DNA of 64,000 nt, taken from the NCBI GenBank assembly GCA_000146045.2, contig BK006945.2:768001-832000 (forward strand), in the 5' to 3' direction. Shown in pieces: positions 19,664 through 29,429 of the stretch. The position numbers were made by a program, and so were the translations under genes. Positions within the stretch are counted from its first letter, which is position 1, and each line of letters opens with the position of its first letter. Source of the stretch: TPA_inf: Saccharomyces (lineage: Eukaryota). The notes below the pieces were generated by a model. The model made no database searches and was not told the DNA's origin. It saw only the letters and a list, made by a program, of their open reading frames with translations.

Positions 19664-21679
19664 ATGTCTTCAGTTGATGTACTGTTAACAGTAGGTAAGT
19701 TGGATGCCTCATTGGCGTTACTGACTACTCAGGATCATCATGTTATTGAGTTTCCTACAGTATTATTACCAGAAAATGTTAAAGCTGGATCTATCATAAA
19801 AATGCAAGTTTCACAAAATTTAGAGGAGGAAAAAAAACAAAGGAATCATTTTAAGAGTATACAAGCCAAAATTTTGGAGAAGTATGGTACCCATAAACCG
19901 GAGAGCCCAGTTTTGAAAATTGTTAACGTTACGCAAACGAGCTGTGTTCTAGCATGGGATCCATTGAAACTTGGCTCAGCAAAATTGAAATCACTGATCC
20001 TTTATAGGAAGGGAATACGTTCAATGGTAATTCCAAATCCATTCAAAGTGACTACCACGAAAATATCCGGTCTTTCCGTTGATACGCCATACGAATTTCA
20101 ATTGAAACTGATAACCACGTCAGGAACATTATGGTCTGAAAAGGTTATATTGCGTACACATAAGATGACTGACATGTCTGGTATCACTGTATGTTTGGGT
20201 CCATTGGATCCATTGAAAGAAATTTCAGACTTACAGATATCCCAATGTTTGTCTCACATCGGGGCGAGACCTTTACAACGTCATGTTGCGATAGATACTA
20301 CGCATTTTGTCTGTAACGATCTAGACAATGAAGAAAGCAATGAAGAGCTTATAAGGGCAAAACATAACAACATACCAATTGTCAGACCGGAATGGGTGAG
20401 AGCTTGTGAGGTTGAGAAAAGAATCGTTGGTGTTAGAGGATTTTACTTAGATGCAGATCAAAGTATACTGAAAAACTACACATTCCCACCAGTTAATGAG
20501 GAAGAACTTTCGTACTCAAAGGAGAATGAGCCGGTAGCCGAAGTAGCGGATGAAAATAAGATGCCCGAGGACACAACAGATGTCGAACAGGTTGCATCAC
20601 CTAATGACAATGAGAGTAATCCTTCAGAAGCTAAGGAACAAGGAGAAAAGAGTGGACATGAAACTGCCCCAGTAAGTCCTGTAGAAGATCCATTGCATGC
20701 TTCGACGGCTTTGGAGAATGAAACCACCATCGAAACCGTCAACCCCTCCGTAAGAAGTTTGAAAAGCGAACCTGTTGGTACTCCCAATATAGAGGAAAAC
20801 AAAGCGGACTCTTCCGCAGAAGCCGTGGTAGAAGAACCGAATGAAGCTGTGGCTGAAAGTTCTCCAAATGAAGAAGCAACGGGACAGAAAAGTGAGGATA
20901 CCGATACACATTCTAACGAACAAGCTGATAATGGATTTGTACAGACTGAAGAAGTAGCTGAAAACAACATAACCACAGAAAGTGCAGGGGAAAATAACGA
21001 ACCTGCAGATGATGCAGCAATGGAATTTGGACGTCCAGAAGCTGAAATTGAAACTCCAGAAGTAAATGAGTCTATAGAAGATGCCAATGAACCTGCGGAG
21101 GATTCCAATGAACCTGTGGAGGATTCCAACAAACCTGTGAAGGATTCCAACAAACCTGTGGAGGATTCCAACAAACCTGTGGAGGATTCCAACAAACCTG
21201 TGGAGGATTCCAACAAACCTGTGGAGGATGCCAATGAACCTGTGGAAGATACCAGTGAACCTGTGGAGGATGCCGGTGAACCCGTACAAGAAACCAACGA
21301 GTTTACTACCGACATTGCCTCTCCAAGACATCAAGAAGAAGATATAGAACTTGAAGCCGAACCTAAAGATGCTACCGAAAGTGTTGCAGTCGAGCCATCC
21401 AATGAAGATGTAAAACCAGAAGAAAAAGGTTCAGAGGCAGAAGACGATATCAACAACGTTTCCAAGGAGGCTGCCTCTGGTGAGAGTACTACCCACCAAA
21501 AAACTGAGGCCTCTGCTTCTCTTGAAAGCAGTGCCGTCACGGAAGAACAAGAGACAACGGAAGCCGAAGTAAATACAGATGACGTTTTGTCCACTAAAGA
21601 AGCTAAAAAAAATACTGGCAACAGCAACAGTAATAAGAAGAAGAATAAGAAGAATAAGAAGAAAGGGAAAAAGAAATGA
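19664..21679 (+). CDS. CHS5: Exomer cargo adaptor Chs5 (671 aa; FN3/BRCT N-terminus, acidic repeat C-terminus, poly-Lys tail)
   Basis: 671 aa. N-terminal structured domain, followed by Glu/Asp/Pro-rich heptad repeats (EDSNKPV) and a C-terminal KKKNKKNKKKGKKK tail. Confidence 0.93.
   Translation: MSSVDVLLTVGKLDASLALLTTQDHHVIEFPTVLLPENVKAGSIIKMQVSQNLEEEKKQRNHFKSIQAKILEKYGTHKPESPVLKIVNVTQTSCVLAWDPLKLGSAKLKSLILYRKGIRSMVIPNPFKVTTTKISGLSVDTPYEFQLKLITTSGTLWSEKVILRTHKMTDMSGITVCLGPLDPLKEISDLQISQCLSHIGARPLQRHVAIDTTHFVCNDLDNEESNEELIRAKHNNIPIVRPEWVRACEVEKRIVGVRGFYLDADQSILKNYTFPPVNEEELSYSKENEPVAEVADENKMPEDTTDVEQVASPNDNESNPSEAKEQGEKSGHETAPVSPVEDPLHASTALENETTIETVNPSVRSLKSEPVGTPNIEENKADSSAEAVVEEPNEAVAESSPNEEATGQKSEDTDTHSNEQADNGFVQTEEVAENNITTESAGENNEPADDAAMEFGRPEAEIETPEVNESIEDANEPAEDSNEPVEDSNKPVKDSNKPVEDSNKPVEDSNKPVEDSNKPVEDANEPVEDTSEPVEDAGEPVQETNEFTTDIASPRHQEEDIELEAEPKDATESVAVEPSNEDVKPEEKGSEAEDDINNVSKEAASGESTTHQKTEASASLESSAVTEEQETTEAEVNTDDVLSTKEAKKNTGNSNSNKKKNKKNKKKGKKK
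21078..21287 (+). repeat. 10 tandem copies of a 21-bp unit (gaggattccaacaaacctgtg; heptapeptide EDSNKPV) inside CHS5
   Basis: Counted directly. Copies 3-7 are near-identical, and the flanking copies are diverged (Ala/Glu/Thr variants). Confidence 0.9.
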
Positions 21680-22675
21680 TTAATGGATGCCTTCAATGAG
21701 TTCCACGACGCACGTTTATTTTTTCGACTGAGAATCCCTCAGCAAATATAATCTATTTTTTATATATCTGTGTATATGTAAGCATGTATAACTAGTTACA
21801 AATATGATAACTGCTTTGGCGATCACTTCATTTTCTTGAGAGGGGTACTCAGTAGCCGCCAAGCACGAAATGTCCGTTATTAAAAATTGGGGAGTGAATC
21901 TTAAAAGCCCGAAAAGGAAATTCAAAATCTGTCTATTTATAGGCCGTCGCGCTCTACGAAAACGCGAAATTATTCAAACGGAAAACGGAAAAAAATCTAA
22001 AAAAAGAAATTAATTGAGAGATCTCACGGAAATGCCGCGAGGAATGTTTCTCGAGGCTGAGCGGCGTGGTCTGTGCAAAAAAATGGCAATTTTTTTGTAG
22101 GAGTTTGCATTGGGCCATTCAGAAGGAGCACCGTTAGATGGGATGGTAAATGAATTTGCTGTTTCAGATTTGAATCAATCTTTACCCGTTATTTTTGCCG
22201 TTTTGCTTTCATAATCTGCAAATTAACAAAGTCATAAAGAACATAAAGACATCACCCCAGTTTTTACACTCTTTTTTCCTGTGTTTGGTTTAGCACAACT
22301 TTCCAATAACCAAGTTGGTTTCAGATCATCCCCATATTATTTTCTAGTTTCATTTACTTACCAAACTCACCATTCAAGGCTTTCAAATTAAGTTACGAGT
22401 ACAGTGGACCATTTTTTTCTGATTCTTCATATTTTCCGTTATAAGTCTTATAAGGAAGGTATACATTTATATTGCGAATTTGAAAAATAATTTAAAGCTG
22501 ACTTTGCGTTTTAGGTAGGCTAGAAAAGAATACAACTATCCCTAAACACATTCTAGATTCACGAAGACGCCTCTGCCTCAAAGACATACTATATTTTTAC
22601 TCTCGTTGAACAAATAGTACCATTATTTCGCTACTTTCGTTGAAGATTGGACATATAAAATACGCAAATCATAGT

Positions 22676-23806
22676 ATGTTGTCTTTCACAACCAAGAATA
22701 GTTTCCGCTTATTACTTTTAATACTGTCATGCATATCGACGATACGCGCACAATTTTTCGTGCAATCATCATCTTCGAATTCTTCAGCAGTATCTACTGC
22801 ACGTTCTTCCGTAAGTAGAGTTAGTTCTTCAAGTTCCATTTTGTCATCCAGTATGGTTTCTTCCTCAAGTGCTGACTCATCTTCCCTTACTTCATCGACA
22901 TCAAGTAGGTCCCTCGTGTCACATACGAGTTCGTCTACCAGCATTGCCTCCATATCGTTCACATCATTCAGTTTCTCATCAGATTCAAGCACCAGCAGCT
23001 CTTCCTCTGCTTCTTCAGATTCTTCATCCTCCTCATCCTTTTCCATCTCTTCGACATCCGCAACTTCTGAATCATCGACGTCTTCTACGCAAACGTCAAC
23101 ATCATCTTCATCCTCACTGTCGTCAACGCCGTCCTCTTCATCATCCCCATCAACAATCACTTCTGCACCTTCAACCTCCTCCACACCATCCACTACTGCC
23201 TATAATCAAGGAAGCACTATCACCAGTATTATTAACGGTAAGACGATTCTCTCAAATCATTATACTACCGTTACGTACACACCATCAGCAACCGCTGATT
23301 CAAGCAATAAATCCAAAAGTTCGGGTCTTTCTAAAAAAAATAGAAACATCGTCATTGGTTGTGTGGTTGGTATTGGTGTACCACTGATTCTGGTGATACT
23401 GGCTTTAATTTACATGTTTTGTATCCAATCATCAAGGACGGACTTTATTGACTCAGATGGTAAGGTCGTTACGGCATATAGAGCTAACAAATTTACGAAA
23501 TGGTGGTATATGCTTTTGGGTAAGAAAGTTAGTGATGAATACCACTCCGATTCACCATTAGGTGGTAGTGCATCGTCCGCAGGTGGTTTAGACCTAGATG
23601 AAGCAGATGATGTGATGGAGCAAAGCTCCCTTTTCGACGTCAGAATAAGAGATAGCGATAGCGTATTACCAAACGCCAACACCGCCGACCATAATAATAC
23701 CAATAGCGGTGGAGAGCCTATAAATAGTAGCGTTGCGTCAAATGACATAATAGAAGAAAAATTCTATGATGAACAAGGTAACGAATTATCACCACGAAAT
23801 TATTAA
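22676..23806 (+). CDS. MID2: Cell-wall integrity sensor Mid2 (376 aa; Ser/Thr-rich O-mannosylated ectodomain, single TM)
   Basis: The ORF 22640..23806 is 388 aa. The ATG at 22676 ([22 protein letters not shown]...) provides a signal peptide and gives 376 aa. It has a long Ser-rich region, then a TM segment ([24 protein letters not shown]). Confidence 0.9.
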
Positions 23807-24887
23807 TCATATCCATTCATATCATTTAGTGCTTATGGCTACTTTTCATTCCTCAATTATTGTAAATTGACCATCTTAATTATATTTCTGATATTGAGTA
23901 GGTGGACTTCATTAGTATTTTTACAAATATTATCACCTTCTTATGTAGGATTAGCATTACATACCCTCTAATTAAAAAAAGTTAACATTAATTACATTTT
24001 AAAAAAAATTGTAATAGTATGATAGTAGGACCTGACAGCCATTTGAATAAGGTTTCGAGTGCTTTAACGTTCCACTGATTTTATGTAGTTCATATGGGGG
24101 TTAGTCTGGTTTGAGGAGGAGAATTTCAGGGAAGCAGTGGCCGTTGAATCTCCCTGTAGGGCGCTGATTATTTTTATCCTAATAATCCAAAAATGACAAT
24201 GTCAATAAAGAAAACTTACCGAGTTCTGTGAATTTCTCCCTAAAAAATTACTAATTATACCTGGGCGAGTTTTGAACTCTTTGGCAAATAAACTTGGGGT
24301 AAACCTTTCGATTATAAAGACGTTACTGCTCAAAAATGTGTAGAAGCATAAGGAGATATTCTCTCGTATGTTTAATTGGAGTTGGCTTTTTTGGACTCTG
24401 AAGTTTGAGTATGGGAGGGGAAGTAATCGAGATTAGATTCCCTGATGTTCACATATGGGGATAAAGAATGCTTTTTGGGATATGATTGTTTCTTTCCGTC
24501 GTTACGGTTGTAGGTGCAACGAATTGCGTAAGGGTGGCTAGCCGAGATTTAATGACGACGCAAAAGGGAATAACTGTGACAGGAAGATGAATTCACAAAG
24601 TTTATAAAAAGAAAGGGCGATGCACTGCTACATGGTTGAACAAGGCACTACATAATTCACAGCTTGTAGCTTGTAAATAAAAAGAGCATTCACGCGATAT
24701 ACGATTTTCAATGATCACTCTAAGAGGAACGGCGAAAAATAGAATTCAATATGAACTGGAATGGCAATTATGATCAGTTAAATATACAATATTGTTGTTG
24801 CAATTGTATTACATTTAAATAAGAGCATGTATGTGATAAATTACTGGGAATTTATGGTATAGGTTCCAAAACGCCACCGCCCAAAAC

Positions 24888-25019
24888 ATTGTTATTAATG
24901 AAATAAGAATCAACGATCTTCTCAATCATTTTTATTTAATGGGTATTGAAATGAAAGGATTGATAATGTAATAGGAAGATGATTGACCCAGAAATTATCT
25001 CAAAATTCGCCTATTTCTC
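24888..25019 (+). mobile_element. Degenerate, internally deleted Ty1/Ty2 delta LTR fragment
   Basis: tgttattaatgaaataagaatcaac resembles the delta 5' end. ...gaaatgaaaggattgataatgtaatagga and ...attatctcaaaattcgcctatttctca resemble the delta core and 3' end. Confidence 0.4.
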
Positions 25020-25552
25020 AGTTATATTAACCTGCTTATTTTAACTTTAAAAAAAATTGGAAAGTTTGCATTCTACGTTTTAGCTTTTCCGTATAAAAAT
25101 TAGATAATTTGACGTTCAGTATAAAAAACGTATCGTAATAGGTTTGCTTATTGGAACGTTAAGGAAAAAAATAATAAAGAATTCATTTTTTTCCTTTTTA
25201 ACCCACCTCTTTCAATCCACCTATACAACTCATTATTAGTAGAGTATTATTCTACCGTTTTATACAGATCATATCGTGTCTTTTGCTATGCTAGGTTGAA
25301 ACAAGGTAAGATACGTTAAACGACAACGGCTATGTTGCAGGCGAATCGCTAGCGATTATTTAAAAGATCGTAAACTATAACTGAGAAAATAAAGAGACGT
25401 AATCCAAAGTACTAGCAACACTCAACATATATAATTGTCAATACTTTAGGAAGCTACTATTTAAGATCAGGTACGTAGAAGCAGACGAACAGATTCGAGT
25501 TTCGATCTCCTTTCTGTATTGTATTGGTTAGGTTACATCTCGGTGGAAGGCT

Positions 25553-25900
25553 GTCGTATCTCAGAATGAGATACGTCAGTATGACAATACATCATCCTAA
25601 AAGTTCATAAAACACACATGAAACAACCTTATAAGAAAACGAACAGAGTGAGTAACATGAGATAAAACTCCGCCTTCCTTGGCTGACCCACCCAAACATA
25701 TAAATGCCTGAACAATTAATTTGGATCCGAGGTTCCGCGCTTCCACCATTTAGTATGAATCATATTTATGTAGTATATAGGATAAGTAACATTTCGTAAA
25801 TCAAGCTGATAATCCATTTTGACAACTGGTCACTTCCTCAAGACTGCTTATATTAGGATTGTCAAACCACCTTACTATGAATTGCGTTTTGACACAGGAA
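25553..25900 (+). mobile_element. Solo sigma element (Ty3 LTR)
   Basis: It begins tgtcgtatctcagaatgagatacgtcagtatgacaatac, a near match to the sigma 5' end TGTTGTATCTCAAAATGAGATATGTCAGTATGACAATAC. It contains ...ataaatgcctgaacaatta...ccgcgcttccaccatttagtat... The 3' end lies about 17 bp upstream of the tRNA-Asp 5' end, the canonical Ty3 integration distance. The 3' boundary is approximate. Confidence 0.65.
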
Positions 25901-25917
25901 ACGCTAATGTAATATAA

Positions 25918-25989
25918 TCCGTGATAGTTTAATGGTCAGAATGGGCGCTTGTCGCGTGCCAGATCGGGGTTCAATTCCCCGTCGCGGAG
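25918..25989 (+). tRNA. tRNA-Asp (GUC)
   Basis: TCCGTGATAGTTTAATGGTCAGAATGGGCGCTTGTCGCGTGCCAGATCGGGGTTCAATTCCCCGTCGCGGAG is the yeast tRNA-Asp sequence. It has A and B boxes and a downstream T5/T13 run. Confidence 0.95.
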
Positions 25990-25990
25990 A

Positions 25991-26010
25991 TTTTTCATTT
26001 TTTTTTTTTT
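25991..26010 (+). terminator. Pol III terminator (T5 CA T13) after tRNA-Asp
   Basis: The T run starts immediately 3' of the tRNA. Confidence 0.6.
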
Positions 26011-27572
26011 GAGCCACAAGAGGTATAGTTCGACAGAAGAGTTCTATTAAAGTTTTCCTGTTATTTCATTTGGAATATAACCCAAGTTGCTTTTCTTTGA
26101 TCATAATTATTTCCACCTCTTTAATGGTTTGTTTATTGGTTGATTATTTCAGCCTTTCTTTTAGGTTCCTTCGCATTACATTAAACCCCGTAACTAAACT
26201 TAAACTTTAAAAAAAAAATATGGACAACTTCAGGAGATAGATACAATAAAGCATCTTTAAAATTTGAGCAATGCTTTGCTTATTAACCAGCAAATGAAGA
26301 CTATGAATTCTAATTGCTAAACATGTTAATGATGCTAGAAAGCAAGACAATGTTAATAAATAATACAATTCATGCATTTAGTAAGATGTAACTGTCCAAC
26401 AAACTGGTGGTACAAGGATCCTTCACTGCAATTAGAGTAGCGTACGAATGCAAGAAAATTAATAATTACAAGGAATGTTGAACAAAATCAGATTTGAGCT
26501 TTGGTAAAATTGGTTATCTTCCTATTATTTTGGTTCAGAAGCAGAACTGAATAGTAAATTTTATCATCATTGTAGACAACATTCCACACTTGATTTAGGT
26601 ATAACTTTATATAATATCACTTTGACCGATCACTAATTTTCTTCAATATTGATAAACAATGGAAATAATGAAAATCCAGGTAATATAATGGGTTAAAATC
26701 AGATGGTGATGCATGATGTAATCCATGGCACATATTCCAAAGGAATCATCGCCGGATAAAAAAAAGACGATTGTGGTGTCTATTCATCAAATAAAAAGTT
26801 CCAAACATATACCATTTATCAATACTATATTATGAACTCATAATAATGAGAAGAAAATTATTGAACCGGATATTTTAATCAGTGTCAAATTCGTAGCACT
26901 TTTTGATGTAGTCTAAGTTGGAAAATAAAGAGGCCAGATCATAAACGAAGAATTCCTAATTCACAATATGTCCTGCATATACTTCCTCAGAAAAATATTT
27001 AAATCATTTTTTATAATCACGCTTAACCTCGATATCTCCCAAACTAAAATCGGTATCAAAGGTGCTCGTAAAGGACCATCAAAAAATACCTAAATAACAT
27101 CGACGATAATTGGCAATGCTTCCTAGCATACAAAAGACAATTATCACAACACTTTTTAGGCGTGGCTGAAAATAGCAGCTATTTCTGCCACTTCAAAATT
27201 TGTTTGGCTGGCATTGTTCTTAGCAAAAAAAAGGATAGCTTTTCATCCAACTCAATTAAGAAAGTTAGAAGATCCTTATATATGATGAAGAAAAATTTTC
27301 TTCGGATGTTGGAAGAGAATGTTCGATAATAATCGTTACATACGATTGTCACTGTAGCATTTGTTAGGGTTCAATCATATATGATAAGCCCAATTTGAGA
27401 CCAAAATCGTACATTGGACAGGACCGCATCACGTCAGAATAGTTTTTGTGCATCTATGTAATATAATACGGTTGAATTATCCTTTTATAATGATGACTAT
27501 TTAATTATTATATGATTAAACAAAAAAAAGAAGAAGACAAACAACTTATTACCTTATTTCTTGATTTTATAT

Positions 27573-27899
27573 TTATTCGGAAGCAGCAGCTCTGGTATAG
27601 ATAGCTTGCTTGGAATGCTTCGAGATTGGCTTGATGATACCTTCCTTTTCCAAGTGCCTCAAAGCAATTCTGGCAAGAGAACCACCAATCTTTAATCTAT
27701 CAACCAAAACGGAAACAGAGACGTATCTGTAAGTTGGAACCTCCTTCAAGATTCTGTCGTATTTTTCTTGATCCAAAATAACAGCGTGTTGAGCTCTGTC
27801 CTTCATGGACTTTTTGGACCACTTCTTCTTGGACTTCTTACCACCAGCAAGAGCGGCAGCGGCTTTGGCAGCTTTAGACAATTGTTGCTTTGGAGGCAT
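27573..27899 (-). CDS. RPS25B: 40S ribosomal protein S25 (108 aa)
   Basis: [77 protein letters not shown]... is eS25. Its position fits the B copy (YLR333C). Confidence 0.95.
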   Translation of the reverse strand: MPPKQQLSKAAKAAAALAGGKKSKKKWSKKSMKDRAQHAVILDQEKYDRILKEVPTYRYVSVSVLVDRLKIGGSLARIALRHLEKEGIIKPISKHSKQAIYTRAAASE

Positions 27900-28763
27900 G
27901 TTATATTATGTTCTGAGACGTAAGAAAGGGTGAAAATTGATGTTAGTGTCAAAAATTATATTACAAAATACGCAGAGATATTCTAGTTCCTTTGATGAAT
28001 GAATCTTTCAGAAAAAAAAGTCAAAGCAAAAGCAAAATGGCCTGCAGACTAAACTGTATGGTGGTCTTGGAATGATAAAGATCTGTTTAATAGATTTAGT
28101 AGATACAATAGCACATCTCATTACCCAGTTATGATTGACGTCATTCTGAGTTACAATGATCTTAGCGACCTGTGCTCATTATTTGCTCCACTAATTCTAA
28201 TTTTCCTCGCCTTTCATATTTCGTATCTTTATTCTATATCCTAAAATTTTTTTGGCAAATCCCAGATTTGGCTTTGATTTTGGCATCGGTTCGGTTCTTT
28301 CAAATATCTTCTTCCCGTGAATCAACTGCACATACCTTAATAACTAGTTCAGTTTAGTGCTCTGTCTGAGTGACTGTAATAATAAATTTTACAAGCCACT
28401 TCTCATGACATATATTGGTAAGTAACTTCATCAATACTAATTAGTCTTTGCCGGTTACCCATCTGGCCCCTGACTTGCGATGCTTAGGAAGTTCCATACT
28501 CGCGGCTCTTCCCAACAGTAGCACATCCGTGAAACTTCTGGCGCTATTCATTATGCAGTACCAGGACAAGAAGTTAAAAAAAAAGCTCTGTTACAAGTTC
28601 AATGGTGGTGCAAGGATTGAAGTTATTATCCAGGAGGCACGGATGCAAAAGATAGAAGACAAATTAATTTCCTTAAAATTCAAAATGCTCATTATTGTCA
28701 CGCTGTATGAGCATTTGGTGAAGATTTCACTGGGAAATGTTGCAATAATTTGATAATCGTTCG

Positions 28764-29088
28764 TATTGGATGAAACTGTAACATCATCTGTTTATTAAGT
28801 ATCCGTGTTATTAGTATATCATCACATACGGTGTAAGAAGATAACATAAAGATTGAGAAACAGTCATCAAATATAATGGAAGCTGAAATGCGAGGATTGA
28901 TGATGTAATAGGACAATAAAAAATATAAGACGGAAGAAGAAATAATCGTAATAGCATTATGTAAAAATAGGGATTTGAGGATTCCTATATCCTCGAGGAG
29001 AACTTCTAGTATATTAACTATACAGAATATCATAGCCTTGATCAACAATAAAATCCCAGCAATTATCAAATTATCCATCCATTTCTCA
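28764..29088 (+). mobile_element. Solo delta LTR (Ty1/Ty2), about 325 bp
   Basis: It matches the delta core from gttattagtatatcatcacatacggtgt through ggaagctgaaatgcgaggattgatgatgtaatagga and cctcgaggagaacttctagtatat, to the 3' end ccatttctca. The first 40 bp or so are diverged. It ends about 90 bp upstream of tRNA-Glu. ORF 28448..28753 and others in the ORF track overlap it. Confidence 0.75.
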
Positions 29089-29177
29089 GTGACATTCTCA
29101 CTAGATGAGCGTTTTTGAGAATAATGCTAACATTTGGTAAGGTATGAAATAAAATGCGATATCCTCCGTAGTTGTCG

Positions 29178-29249
29178 TCCGATATAGTGTAACGGCTATC
29201 ACATCACGCTTTCACCGTGGAGACCGGGGTTCGACTCCCCGTATCGGAG
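29178..29249 (+). tRNA. tRNA-Glu (UUC)
   Basis: TCCGATATAGTGTAACGGCTATCACATCACGCTTTCACCGTGGAGACCGGGGTTCGACTCCCCGTATCGGAG is the yeast tRNA-Glu(UUC) sequence. A downstream T8 run follows. Confidence 0.95.
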
Positions 29250-29429
29250 ATATATTTAATATTTTTTTTGATTTGACTTCAAATGAGAACTATTTTTTTA
29301 AAGCATCGTGTGGTAAACAAGCTTCCACCGAATGAGCTTAAGAAAGCGCAAACAATTTTCAACCTGACAAAGCATACATCATTTTTCATACAAGTCCTTG
29401 TTAAGTAACTCAAAAAAATCATTAACGAG

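Noticed and set aside
20476-21334. 279-aa and 236-aa ORFs antisense to CHS5
   Set aside because: They are generated by the 21-bp tandem repeat and the acidic low-complexity region. Their translation is itself a repetitive 'SSTGLLE'/'HRFVGIL' array. I recall YLR331C/JIP3 being classed as dubious.
22669-23387. ORFs 22669..23193 (-) and 22869..23387 (+) overlapping MID2
   Set aside because: They lie inside the Ser-rich (TCN/AGY) mucin-like region of MID2, and alternative frames stay open by composition. One translates to an Asp/Glu-rich string and the other to a His/Pro-rich one, as expected for frame-shifted Ser codons.
24000-24880. Possible ARS consensus matches in the long MID2-RPS25B intergenic region
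   Set aside because: I found only 9/11 matches to WTTTAYRTTTW (e.g. aatttatggta at about 24828) by eye. This is too weak to call an origin without a PWM scan.
28448-29078. ORFs 28448..28753 (+) and 28698..29078 (-) near tRNA-Glu
   Set aside because: They overlap the solo delta LTR and the RPS25B promoter. LTRs contain chance ORFs. The YLR334C-type call is dubious.
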